From: Camelus ferus
Lineage: Eukaryota
Length of the DNA stretch: 64,000 nucleotides
Assembly: GCF_009834535.1 (NCBI RefSeq)
Contig: NC_045696.1
Span: 82,772,001-82,836,000, forward strand
Reading direction: 5' to 3'
Part shown: in pieces, positions 49,401 through 62,200 of the stretch
Layout of the letters: every line of letters starts with the position of its first letter
How positions within the stretch are numbered: position 1 is the first letter of the stretch
Program-made: the position numbers and the translations under genes
Notes under the pieces: model-generated
Told to the model about the DNA's origin: nothing
The model's database searches: none
Seen by the model: only the letters and a program-made list of their open reading frames with translations

Positions 49401-51914
49401 TGGAGGGGTCCATGTGCACGACCCGAGTTTGCCTTCAAAGTGGCTCCCTTGAACGGATTTTGTAAATTAACAATATTAGGCCTTCTGTAGGATAGAAAGT
49501 ACATCAGTCACAGGGCTCCTACTTTACCCAGCAAGGGAATCCATTGTTCTTTTGTAATAAAACGCTCCTGGGGAGGGGTGAGGGTGATTTTACCACTTCA
49601 GGTAAAAGGAGTCATATTCAGTTTTCAGGCAGGTTTAATGAGGAATTTTAATAATGAGAGAAAAAAAAAAAACAACAAGCATAACTTCACTAAATGGCTC
49701 TTAAAGGGAAAGTGAACAGGCTCCTGTTTTAACAAGTGTACGTACGTAGCCATCGCTGAACGAGTGCCAAACATCAATTGTTCCGAGTGAGTCAGGACAT
49801 AGGATACGGCAAACACTCACAGCAATTTATTACCAGAATGTTTTAAAAGAAATGGAGGATTTCAGAAAAGGAGAATTTCCACGGATTCATGTTTAAATTT
49901 ACCATACGTGATTAATCTTGTTCTATTTTTTCTTCAAGGTCGGTTTTACACACCATGTAAAATCGTTTCTTTAGAAGAAAGTCTGCTTTTTTCAAAAAAG
50001 GGAAGGGGAGGGAAAAAGACAACGAGTCTCCTGGAAAATACTTCATAAGGCTTCTTCACAGTAGTTCTTTTGTTCTTTATTTATGGAAGAGGTTAATCCA
50101 AAGAATATTGTGTGGGGAATGTTAAATAGCATGGAATATAATATAAACTTAAACATGGCTACTTTCAATAAATGATACTGGTTTCCTAAAAATCACCCTT
50201 CTATTTTCAAACTGCTACAAGAGAAACCTGGTGCATTTGGCTGTCTGAATCTTCGTGTGGTCTGATTTTTGCAGAGGGGTTCCTACCTAGATTTCAAAAA
50301 CATATACATTTTATGTAATATTATTTAATATGTATTTGATATACTAGAGAATATTTTTCCCTTGTAAACTTTCAGAATTATTTATTTTAATGGTAGAAAA
50401 TTATAAAATAATCATTGTGTTGGCACCTCTAATCACGGAGACTATACTTATTAATAAATCCAGGTAAAGACAGATATTTCCAGAATCATCCACTACAACA
50501 TTTCTTAAAGTTCATTTTGAATTACTTGCCTCTTAGGATTTATTAGTATTAGGTCACTCAGTGACTTAAAGACTAAAGAGAAAGAGTTAACAACAAACAA
50601 GCAAACAAAAAAACCTCTTCCCCTCCCTGAACTGCAGCTAAGAGCCTGTGAACGGTACACCTGAGCAAAGGTTTAAGAATTTGTTTTTAGTCAGAATGGA
50701 GTGTCCTAGCATTCATTTTCTTTTTCTTTTTAATTTAAGAATAAATGTACTCCTGATCTCCATTCTTCCTATCTGCAAACACCAATGTGTCCCTTCAAAT
50801 ATGTCTTTTCCACTATTTAATATAAAAGACCTAATAATATAATTACATTAAATCAGACAAATATACACCAGGCATCCCCTGTGTGTTTAGGTTTTGGCTG
50901 CTGGGACTGCAAGCTGAGTGAGGTCTGCTTAATCCCACTGACACCCATACATGTAACTTCTTTTGAAAGTTGGCTTTTACAAAGCCACAATGGGAAACAA
51001 ATATAGCTGTATTGCCTGCTTTCCACCAAAACGCTCTAGCAATTGAAAGATGGGGGCAGTGTAGACACTCAAAAATGCCTTGAGATCTTTAGATGAATGG
51101 TATCATACAGATGTGTATTATTGCTAATTCTTTGTTCTCAATCACTTGTTTTCAAGGACACTAAAATCCATGTAGCCCCTAAAAAAGATAAATAAGGGCA
51201 AGTCACTTTTCTTCCTCCAGTCACAGACTGAAGAAATTATTTCAGATAATATACGGCCCTTCAGCCATGGGAGCAGGAAGTGTTTACTGCTGAAGTCGGG
51301 GTCCCAGTCGGTAAAATAAACGGAAACTTCTGGTTCAGTTTTAGGACCCTCTTGCAAATGAAAAACTTCATTTTCTCTAGGCAAATAAATTGATTTAATT
51401 TTGCATTATTGGCAAAATATTTACAAAATTGAGCAGTTTTTAAAAAGTATAAAAATATAACTTTGCTTTTTTTTTTTTTGCACTAAGGACCAGCTAAGTT
51501 TGTTTAAAAAGAAGAACCTAAAACCATCAAAGGAACCTATGGCATTTCCTTCTCTGGTGATCTTTAAAACTGGTTCAGGCTCATCAGTTTAGAGTTAATC
51601 AAGTGTGTCCTTATTTGAAAATGGACCCCCATTTCACTCTCTCAGTGGGGTGAAAGTTGAGAATGTTGAGTCAAAATGGAGCAAAAAGACGATTATTTCA
51701 TATGGAACAAACTTTTTTTTAAAAAAAAGGGCAAGTAAAAAAAATTTTCAAAATGCCAAAAAATGATAAAATTAACTAAACTCTCATATATTTCTTTCTA
51801 ATATTTTTGGCTTCCTTTTTGTTTTATAATCTTCAGAAAAAACTCATAAATTTGAACCTTTATCTAACTCTACTTTTCAAAGGCTTAGTTCTCACTTTTT
51901 TGTTATTATAAAGA

Positions 51915-53485
51915 CCCATTACTTCAACAGATGTATTTAAACACTTACAGCATGCATAAAAGCTGCAGGTCCATATAAAGCAGATAGACAATATCTCTGC
52001 CCTTATAGAGCCTCCATTCCTGTAGTGAAAATTGATATTCTATCAATCAATAAATAAGCAAATTCCAAACAGTGAAAAATATGAAGAGAGAAACAAAATA
52101 AGGTCATATCACGGTGCCTGGGGGTAAGCATGGTGATGAGGGGGCTACTTTAAAGGAAGAAGTGAGGGGAGGTTCCCTGAAGATGGGCTGAGTGAGGTCT
52201 GGATGATGGAAGGAGCTGGTGATGTGAAAATCAGGCAGGAGTGCATTCCAGGCAGAGGCAACAGCAGATGCAAAGGCCCTGAGGCAAGAAAAAGGTTGCC
52301 ATATTTGGGGACCATCAGAAAGGCCAGGAGCATAGTAAACAAAGGGAGAGAGGAATAATAGAGACTAGATGGGGGGCTAGAACTGGTCACAAATTGGAGG
52401 TAGCAGATGTACATTGGTTACCTATGTTGTTATGTCTTCACACTGTTATAGAAGACAGTATAAATGGTCACTTGTTGAGTTTGGTCCCTTACAAGCAGTT
52501 AGACACATGTGTTTCACCCTGTCCCTTTTATTCATTGACATTACAGTTGACGACAACACTTGTCCTGCAAGCAAGGGAGTATGGTAGTGCTGTGTAGGTT
52601 ATGGTATAAGGAATATGGATTTTATTCAAGATGCAGTAGAAAGCCATAAGAGCATTTTAACAGGGGCGAGAGATGGCATGATCTGATTTATGTTGTCTAA
52701 AGATCACGAAGGTTGCTGTGAGGAGAACCAGTTGTAGGGATATTAGCGGAGGGACTGCTGTAATAAATGGCGATAGATTTGAGGAGGTGGAAGAGAGAGA
52801 CATGTGGACAGTTTCTAGATATATTTTAAAGAAAGAGCTCCCAAAAAGCTCTTCTGATGGATTGGATGTAGATAAAGAGAAAAAAAAGAAGTTGAGTATA
52901 ACTTCTACATGATTGGCTTAAGAAAATGGATGACAGGTGGTGCCATTTTGGGGATAGTGATGACTGAGAAAAGAGTGGCTCAGTGAGGAGTGAGTGGGGA
53001 GGGAGGCACTTCAAGAGTTCCATATGGAGGAAACAGAATTTGAGATATCTATGAAGCATCTAAAATGGAGATGTCAAACAGGCAACTAGATATAAAAGGT
53101 CTGGAACTCAGATGTGAGGCCAGGACTGATGACATACATTTGAGAATCATGAACATAGATGGTCTTTAAAGTCCTTGAACTGAATGAAACATCTTGAAGA
53201 AGAGAGTGCAGAGATGAGAAGAGGGCTTAAATCTCAGATATTCTCAGTTACTATAACATCTAAAAAGGAGCCAATAAAGGAGATGAAGTGGAAGCACTCT
53301 GTGAAATAGGAGAAAAATCAGGAGTGTTGTGTCATTCTAGTCTGTGAAAGAGAACTTTCTTATTTCTTAATACTTCTTAAAATATTTTAAGAAAGAGGTG
53401 GTGGGCAATGGTGCTGCCAAGGAAAATGAGATTGGACAAGAGACTGTTGATTGGATAATTTGACAGGAACACGGAGACATGGAGG
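51915..53485 (-). mobile_element. L2 LINE, ~1.5 kb 3' portion, with a ~185-bp non-L2 insert near 52407-52590
   Basis: Continuous reversed-L2 motifs: 'gcattccaggcagaggcaacagcagatgcaaaggccctgaggcaagaa', 'ggattttattc', 'atgatctgatttatgtt', 'tgatggattggatgt', 'tttgagatatctatgaagcatctaa...ggagatgtcaaacaggca', 'ggagaaaaatcaggagtgttgtgtcat'. Confidence 0.9.
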
Positions 53486-53694
53486 AAACCTCTATCCTCC
53501 CTACCAGGGAGACTGTAGAAGACCATCAGACACACTCCCCAAACAATTGGGATGGTTAATATGTAGCACAGAGTTTTTGTTTGATTGTTTGTTTATTTTT
53601 TGTTTTCATTTTTTGCTATTCTGCCTGACCATCGAGATAATGTCTCAAGCCTCAAGGGGCAATATTAGGCCCTTGAAAGTAGAAAAATGTATCT

Positions 53695-54330
53695 CAAAAG
53701 AGAGACATCTGATACATTGCTGGTGGGAATGCAAAATAGCGCCTCCACTTTCAGCTTAGAAGCTTCTTACTTACAGTCTAGTAAATCAGTCTTAGATGTT
53801 TACCCAAGAAAAATGGAACTATAGGTCCACAAAAAGACATGCACACACGTGGTCCCTGTACTGTTAATCATAATATCAGGGAACTGGAAACTACACAAAT
53901 ATCTACTAATAGTTGAGTAAATAAACAAATTTGGTGTTTCCTGCACTGGAATACTACTTAGCAATGAATAGGAATGAACTATTCATATACACTGTGCAGT
54001 GGATGAATCTCTTAGACCTTGTGCTGGGCAAAAGAAACTGGACACTAAGGTGTACACACTCTCTGATTACATTTATATAAAATTCTAGAACAGGGAAACA
54101 AATCTATACTGATTAGTATAGAAAAACGAATCTATACTGGTCAATAATTGCCTAGGGTGGGTTGTGGAGAAGGGGAAACTGACTGAAAAAGGGACATGAG
54201 GGAGCTCTCTGGGGAGATGGAACTGTTTTAGGTCTCAACCGTAGTGGTGGTTATGTGGCTATATACATTTGTCAAAAGTCATTGACCTACTCACTTAAAA
54301 TGAAAGAACCCCTTCTCAATAAAATTGATT
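53695..54330 (+). mobile_element. Ancient L1 (L1ME/L1MD-like) ORF2 C-terminus and 3' UTR
   Basis: Translation contains HCWWECK (the L1 ORF2 C-terminal motif). It is followed by 'tacccaagaaaaatg', 'tggaatactacttagcaatgaa', 'ggatgaatctc', 'atttatataaaattctagaacagg' and 'atacatttgtcaaaa', ending 'ctcaataaaattgatt'. Confidence 0.9.
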
Positions 54331-54924
54331 GCTTGTTTGAGAGAGAAAGACTGAGATCGCTGTTTCTTCTGACTAGTTTCCTTAGCTCTAAGTCATTTTC
54401 ACATACCACATTCGGTAAGATATTCTCCTTGATTACTTTGAGAACTCCTTTTTTTTTTTTTTTTTTTTACCATTTTAATATCTGCCAATATGCCTCTCAG
54501 TTACTGAGATGTATTATATATTGGTATCAAAATTGTATATTTCCATAGAATCCTTAACAGTAATGCCTCTGTGCCTTTAGAAATATGCTTCTTCATCTTT
54601 ACATGGCTATTTTTATCCTAACTTTAACATATATGGTGATTTAAATAAAATATATTCTAAATATGTTCTCAGTGCTGACATCATTAGTTTGGGATAACCA
54701 TAGCAATGTTATTGACTTGACATTCAGTGATGACTCAAATTCCACTCTTTCTAATAACTGACATCCTCAATCAAAAATAGAGGCTGTTATGAGCTTTTTT
54801 TTTAACAGAAAGAAAAATGGAGGGAGAGCATTTTATACAACTAGCACTACAAATTTCAATAAAGGTATCCAAATCTTCTGCTTAAAAAATTATGGTATTT
54901 GTGTATACACACATACACACTCTA

Positions 54925-55170
54925 GCAGAGTGCATTATCATAGAAAGGTTAAGGGCTTTGGAATAGAATTGGACTTGAATCTCAGACTTGCTTCCAGCCA
55001 GCCATGTGAATGTGGGCAAGCTCCTTACTGTTTTAATTTCCTTTCTTCCAAGAGGTAAAATAATAATTACTTTTCTATCTTGTTATAAGGTTTAAAGACA
55101 ACATATTTAAACTTTCTAGCACAGTGTCTGATTTGTTACAGGGGCTCAAATATGACAGCTGAAATTTTAC
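54925..55170 (+). mobile_element. MIR SINE
   Basis: 'gggctttggaatag...ttgaatctcagac...ccatgtgaatgtgggcaag...ttgttataagg...ctagcacagtgtctga...ggctcaaata'. Confidence 0.75.
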
Positions 55171-55482
55171 ATGTTATTTTTGTCATCACGCACATTGTCA
55201 GCATGTTGGGGATGGTGAGGGAACAGGGAAGAATTGCTTTGGAATTTTTAAAGGACTGCAGATATTGGTTAAAATATCTCTGGATTCTAAGCTATAATCT
55301 TTTCAATTCAAGGCAATATTTGCTGAATCTTAACAGAAGGCATGAGCAATTAGGCATTAATTACTAAAATCTTTCATGAAGTTCATCATTTTTTTAGCTT
55401 TTGGAATAGAATGTCAAGAAAAATCATCAATATCCTCTACACTAGGAAGCATTTTCAGAAACAGGTATCACTTGATCTGCAC

Positions 55483-55486
<4 letters not shown>

Positions 55487-55520
<34 letters not shown>
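55487..55520. repeat. (CA)n microsatellite, ~17 units
   Basis: Directly visible perfect dinucleotide array. Confidence 0.95.
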
Positions 55521-55523
<3 letters not shown>

Positions 55524-56259
55524 CCTGCACACCCGTACATACATTATGTGTATATATGTAGGGTTTTTTTTGTTTGCTTGCTTGAGAAAATTATATCTTT
55601 CAACCTCATGCAACCAGGATTCTGAAAGCTAAACAAAGTCCCTGTTACCTTGTAAGCTTTTGTATAGTCCTGCCATTAACATAACATCCATATTTTTACA
55701 AATAGTCCCTATATGAGTAATGCTTTTCTGATTTTACCAGATATAATTATAGTTTATTCTCTGCTTAAGCTCTGCTCTTACTGTAAATGTGACTTCCGTC
55801 CTCTGTGCATCCAGATGGGATATTCTGAGATAGTCTCTTCTTCCTGAGGATATGAGACTCCTTTCCAGGAAACACTGAGAACTATTCTTAACCTGGAGCT
55901 CCTATACATCTTGTGTCATCCTTCAGAGATACTGCACCTTTCCCTGCTGCCTGATTTGTCATTTATATGCTCACTGTTTATTTCCCAGCTATTTTAGGAA
56001 GACCGTTCTTCCTCAGTGATGAAAGCAGATTACCATGAAGTGAGTAGCTATGGGTAATCTTTTAACTCCTTTGTTTAGGCAAGAGGTCACTCTGTTTCAA
56101 GATCTTTTTGTTCTTTACCCTTTACTATCATTGTGTTTATCTGGAAACAGTTTAAAACTGCCTTTAAAGCCTTTTTCTATTGCACATCAATTTTCCTACC
56201 CCAAAATATGTTTAATATTTCCACTTGGATATAATAAAATCATCAATTGCCTTCTGGAC

Positions 56260-56438
56260 CAGTGCTTGTTAACCCTGGCTGTTCACTAGAATCGTCTAAG
56301 GAATTGTTTTTCAAATATTATGCCTGAGTGTCACACTTACAAATTCTGACTTAATAAATCTGTTGTGGGGCTCAGGCTTAATAATTTTAAGCACTCTGCA
56401 GGTGATTTTTGAGCAAAGCCAAGGTTTGAAAACCAGTG
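56260..56438. mobile_element. MER5-family (hAT-Charlie) DNA transposon
   Basis: 'cagtgcttgttaaccctggctg...tagaatc...ttctgacttaata...gtggggctcagg...ttttaagcactctgcaggtgattttt...aaggtttgaaaaccagtg'; about 180 bp with CAGTG-type termini. Confidence 0.8.
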
Positions 56439-56714
56439 TTTGAGATACAAAAAGCTTTTGCCAGCTTTTAAAACATCATGCCCTTTGGAATTACAAGAGG
56501 TTTTCTTGTACCTTGGAAGAGTCACTGAAGTGTAGAACTTAGCCCTCTTTAAATCGGATGGCAAGGGGGTAAAGAAAGCCATAGTTGCTGATGACCCTGA
56601 TTTTTTGAGTTTTGCATTTATTTTTCACTGGGGTCATCTTTCACTCTGCAGGGAATTAACCAAGTAAGGGATCTATGTTGGAGGATAATGTGCTGATGAT
56701 GCAGAGAGGGAAAT

Positions 56715-56882
56715 GTATAAGATTTGACCTTACTTTCATCCCAGCCTTGTCACACATAAGGTTGGATTCCTGGGCAAGATAATCTCTGGACAGGATTCAC
56801 AAACATGATGCATCGGGAGCTAGGAGGGTAACAGGAGTGTGTGAAACAGAAAGAGTGGACACTGGCACAGCAAAGGGCTCAC
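56715..56882 (+). mobile_element. Degenerate MIR SINE
   Basis: 'ttcatcccagccttgtcac...cctgggcaag...gtgtgtgaaa...actggcacagcaaagggctca'. Confidence 0.5.
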
Positions 56883-59334
56883 TCCCGTTCCAAAGGGACC
56901 ATACTCAGCCCGGCCAGCTGTTTCTATGAAAGAGTGGAAGTTAACTGTGTTCAAATCTTTCCATTTTGTAAGAGAAATATAAATTTGCCTTTTGGGGTGA
57001 AATTTTCCAAGGACTTACTGACATCATTAGATACTAACATTTTTATGTGCCTTACTTATATTAGGGGGCTTAATTTGGCCCTCCGGTCCCCAGGTTGCAA
57101 TGTCTAAGATGCCTTCTAAAATTCTTTCAATTCTGTCATTCTAAGATTCTAGAGATCTAATTTGGACAAAACAAGGAAATACTCCTTTAAGATGGAAAAC
57201 TTCTCTTTGGATACATACTTATGTTAATTTTTTTCTTCTTGAACCTTCCCATTTTTTCCTCCTTATTCCACTGGTCCCAGAAGCTCACCCTTTCTATTTT
57301 GACCCATCCTCGAGTTGACATCTCAAGAATTTATACAACCATTGCTAATAACACTGTATTTACAATATATAGAGGATCCCGGTGTTATGTCAGAGGAAAA
57401 CCTTGTCTTAACTTTTCAGAAGGGAATGGAGCGTACAGTACGGTGTGGCCTATAAATCATTTTCAAATTAGTATTCTGTACATCTGGAGAAGAGTACGTT
57501 TCTACTCATGCATAAATTGCCTATGAACACATTTCAAAAACCTACGCTTAATCTTAGCAATGAACATTTCAAAAAGTAAATTAATATCTTCAAGGGGAAG
57601 AAATACAGTATATTAAACAGGAACCCACTAGAAATTCGATAGTTAAGAGTCTGTCAGCATTTCCATTATAAACCCTGTTTTTGAGGGGTTTATAACTCAC
57701 TTATAAAAATTCATCATAGGCTGGGACTTGGCATGTAAGGTCTCAGCCCGGCAGCTTGACGTGATATTAGGTCTGAAGGACCTCAGATTGTTGTCAACAG
57801 GATACTATTTTAAAGCTCCAAGATGAGATCTAAATAAAGAGAGGGAGTGATTTAAACCCACAGGATCCAGGAACTGCAGAGTAAAACTAAAATAACTGCT
57901 CTAAGATCAGCAGGTTGTGGCTCGGTTTTGTAGCGCCTCCACATCGCCGTCTACCCTGAACCGCACGGCTTGTGCTGCGTGGGGTGGAGCAGGCTTCATT
58001 TTCTCATCTGGGTCACATTCAATGGAACTTTAATTCTCCTTTTCATAGCTTAATATATTGTCTGTTGAGGTTACAGGTTTAGATGAAAGTTTATAAATGA
58101 GGCTAATTAACATTGAACTTGTAACTCTTTTTTTTTTTTTCCATTTGAAAAAGGTATTCCTAGGAAGCAGGAACGGGAAATAAAAATGTCTTAGGCCACT
58201 GTAAATTTCTCGTGTAGATAGCTGTGCGATGGGCTGCAATGTTTAAATTAGCACAATATGTATTCATTTAAATATTGATCTTTAAGGAGGTAATGTAATA
58301 AATCTGAATATTCTTTTGCATTACTGTTTACATTAGGTCTACTGTAGATTAAGAGAGACAGTTGCCTTGTAAATTTGCTTGAAGAGTAAGCAGGGGCATA
58401 TAAATAATTCTGTTTCTAATTATACAAAACAATGATGATAAACTATTGGGAGCTGGGATGATTGTGCAGAGCTTGGCTGAATCACAGACCCAGACCAGGC
58501 CTGTGAGTAACCGATGTGCAGCTGGCAACGGGGACTATTGTTTAGATCAGGAAACCAATGAAAAAGTGGCAGAGAACAAAATTCTATAAATGTAGCTCCA
58601 TCAAGATGTAGTTCCTTTCCAGCTGTAAAGTTTCTAAAGAGCTACCAAAACTATTTAAAAACATAAAAACACAATTGTTTGGCTTGGTAATGGTAGCAAT
58701 TTGTCTAACAATGTTAAGTATGTGGTGGTAACCTTCATGGGGAAAAACGCTATGGATGGACTTGGTTGTGGTTTGGGGTTTCCACCTTCTCCCAGTAGTG
58801 GTTCTTGGGCTGTGGCATGAACTGGCCTTTGAACAATTTGATAGCTCAACCAAATTTCAGCTAGGAATGTTAAAACATAATGGCTGAAGATTAAGAATAA
58901 ATTTACACCCAGGCCATATAATTCCAAGGCCAAGATCAACCCATTCCCCTTAACGTTCCCATCACCTATTGAAGAGTGTAAATATTCACATGGAAGTGAG
59001 GTTGGTTGAAATGTTTAGCTTATATTGGAAAACATATCTGCTAAGCAGCTGAGAAATGTATTCATTTCAGTCTTTCCATTTGACAAGGCTCATTCTCCCA
59101 AGTAAAATACTAAGAATGCAATGACAGCAACTGAAGCCGTTCCATTTCCTCTCCTGACTTTAATCTCTCCCTAGGAAAAATATTTCTTGAAATGCTATAT
59201 TGTGTGCGTATTGACACTCTGACTTAGATTTTTAAATAGTTTTGACCCTCTGTTTATTCTCTATGTCCAGCAAAGTTCTTTTAATGGTTATTTAAAAGAG
59301 TGTTTATTATTTTCATGATTAATCATGAGTATTA

Positions 59335-59585
59335 TAATCACACATTGCTTTTCAGTTTATAAAGTGTATTCATGTGCATTATCATATCATGACATCATTG
59401 CCATCATTATAAGAACTTCAAGAAATGAGTTGGATCAATATTATTAATTTTTATTCCATTTTTTTTAAGATGAAAATAAGTTCAGAGAGGTTAAGCGATT
59501 TGTCCATGTTTATACGTCTAGTAAGTGTCAAGCCTAGACTCCAATCCAGCTATTTGAGCTCCAAATGCCATGGTCTTTCCACTGT
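59335..59585 (-). mobile_element. MIR (MIRb/c-like) SINE
   Basis: 'ttttcagtttataaagtg...ttccattttt...agatgaaaataagttcagagaggttaagcgatttgtcca...ctagtaagtg...tccaaatgccatggtctttccactg'. Confidence 0.85.
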
Positions 59586-61669
59586 GGTTTTAAAATGATC
59601 TGTTTTTTTAAAAGGGCTGTATTTAGCATGGGGAGTCCCACAGAAGATGTGTGTAGATTGACTGGCATAATGCACATCCAGGATTCTTGCTTTTCATCTC
59701 TGTGCTTCTTCCTGTCGAGGTAAAGTGAGTGGTGTGAACCACAGACAATTCTGAAATTCATTTTTAATCAAAGATGCCAACAAAGTTCATGGGTTCACCT
59801 TGACCATGCTTACTTTCAATACAACATGAAAATACCTATTGAGGAGTGTAATACAGTAATGATACAGTCCAAAGGGGGGAAACAAGAGGCAGTTGGTGAG
59901 AAAGGCGAGATGATGGCTATAGTTAGTTCAGGGCTTTTTTGGTTTTGCTATTTGGGAATTTTATTTGTTCATTCCTTGCCGTCCTTTGTATAATACATTT
60001 CAAGAATATATGCCTAATAAATCCATCTGCTTGCTTGGGAGAGCTAATTTTGATTCTCAGAAAGTTGGACTTAATTGTTAACTTAATTTTTACTAGTGGC
60101 AAGATATTTTACCAGATGCGCAGTATTGAAAGAGCTTTGTGGAGTGAGGATTAGAGCATATTTCTTTAGATGTGTGGAAACGGAAGCAGTCCATTGTTAT
60201 CTCCCTGGACATGGATACATTCTTACATCGGGGCTGGTTCAGGAGGACTATACCATAGGGATGACAACCCTGTTAAAAGTGTAAAGGTCTCTCTATGCAT
60301 ACCTTGGGGAAATCAAGAGTATTATGTACTTGCATTGGAACAAAGCCTCGGATGTTGGAATTTTGATGTAAAAAAGCTTCAAACTTCAGCAAATATTATG
60401 GAGTTTAGCCTATTTTGTATCAAGGCTTCGATTTAGTAAAAAATCTCTGGCCAACTCTAGGAAGGAAATTCTATAGTAAAATGAAACACTAATGACTCAA
60501 GAATACTATTTGACACCTAATTTGATGATTGCCACCCAAAATTATTTTCACCAGTTATAAATCAATTATGAGGCATAGTTATAATTACATTAATAACACT
60601 GGCTTGCTTTTCCAAATCCAAATATTATATGATGAGAAAATGTTCTGACTCTAAATGGTTTTAATTAAAAAACCAACCTTTTTTTTTAGGGTGGCAAGGA
60701 AGTATATTTTTTGTCTTCACTTTTTGTTTTCTGTACACACGGTTTTCAAGAAAAAGGAAAGTAATGATTATAGTAAATTACAGGAGTCAGGCAGTGGGGT
60801 AATTAACAGGTAATTATCAATAAACAATTTAACCACAAAAGCTTGGATCCCACCTACCACTTGTCAACAATAAAAGCTTAGTAACTCCACATGCCATTGG
60901 AAACAGTGTCTACAGGGAGCCCCAGAAAGGACTGCTAATATAAATAAACAATTCTTTCTTGGGAGAATACACAAAGGCCAGGCTGTGAGTGACCACATGG
61001 AAGAAGGAAAGAAAAATCCAGTAGACAGGAAAAATATTAGGAAACCAAACATTTGGTTTCAGATTTAGGAGAAAAATATTAATGTGCTTGGTACTGAAGC
61101 CAGAAACATTATCTATGAATGTCTTTCTCATCCCATACATAAATTTTATATTTCTTTAAGCATGGTTAGAAATGTAAGATTATTTAGCCAACCTGGCATT
61201 TTGACACAAAGAAAAAGTGGAATTTATTCAGGTTTAAATATAGTCAGCATGCTTTATAGATTGAATGATTGGGGAATAATCCACCATAAAATATATTTAT
61301 TATAAAAATCTACAGCTAGGTTTTGAAAGTACCTCTAAACTTTATACCAACCTTAATTTGAACACTCTTCCTTTTTAAAATGGGCGAGGTCCCTAGTACT
61401 AGCTTAAGGGACAGTCTCCTAATTAGTTTGTGAAAAAGGAACCATTTAATTCAGACAAAAGACCTGACCTTATATGAAATGAATAATATTATAACCCTCT
61501 ATTTCATTTCATTTTGGTTCTGTTAATGTGGTATTAGGATACAATTTGAAAAGAGCCAAGTCAGAGATTAAATTTTATTCTAGAAGATTTTCTCTTTCTG
61601 AATTTTATTTTGTCTATGTACGCACACCACTTCTTGTGCATCTAAAATGACATTTGACTATGTCATAAT

Positions 61670-62200
61670 CAGAGGCACTTGTTGAATATTATCAACACCT
61701 GGTGACGTGCTAGGCGTAATGCAAAATGCATTAAGTGCACATGTTCTCTGCCATCTAAGGTGTGAGAGATAAAACTGTCATAGAACACGTTTGAAAGATG
61801 TACATGCAACTGAATAAACATTGGGCAGATGCACATAGTCTATAAGGATTTCAATATCTGCAGGCCCAGGGGTAAATGCATATTGGGGCGTGATGAGAGT
61901 AAGACAGTTGGTGAGAATTGCAGGGTTTGACAAGGGAACCTTGAGGAGAAATCACCATCTGACCGTAAATTAGTCTGAAGAGTTTTGGGAGAAGAAGGTG
62001 GATTCCATGTACCGTTTGAATGATGGTCTATGACAAGCCTGGCACACCAGGGTGAGGGGGACCATTCCCGGAGAGAGAGGGCAAAGCTAGGATGAAACTG
62101 TGGTCTCAACCAAAGGCGCAGGCTGGGCAGATGGTGCTAAGTGATCTGGGGAAGACCTGATCCTAAAGTAGCAACTGTAATGTCTAGTGCGATGTTTAAA
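61670..62200 (-). mobile_element. Highly diverged L2 (L2c/d-like) fragment
   Basis: 'gcacttgttgaat...gtgctagg...tctctgccatctaagg...tagtctgaagagttttgggagaagaaggtgg...cattcccggagagagag'. Confidence 0.5.

Noticed and set aside
49939..49956. 18-nt microexon candidate after 'ttttttcttcaag'
   Set aside because: The donor CAT|GTAAAA is weak, so support is insufficient.
53451..53759. ORF ending in HCWWECK
   Set aside because: A fossil L1 ORF2 C-terminal fragment joined to non-coding upstream sequence, not an intact gene.
57931..57948. Third CTCF-like motif (minus strand ...GGAGGCGCTA)
   Set aside because: Only the 3' half matches; the CCASYAG half is absent.
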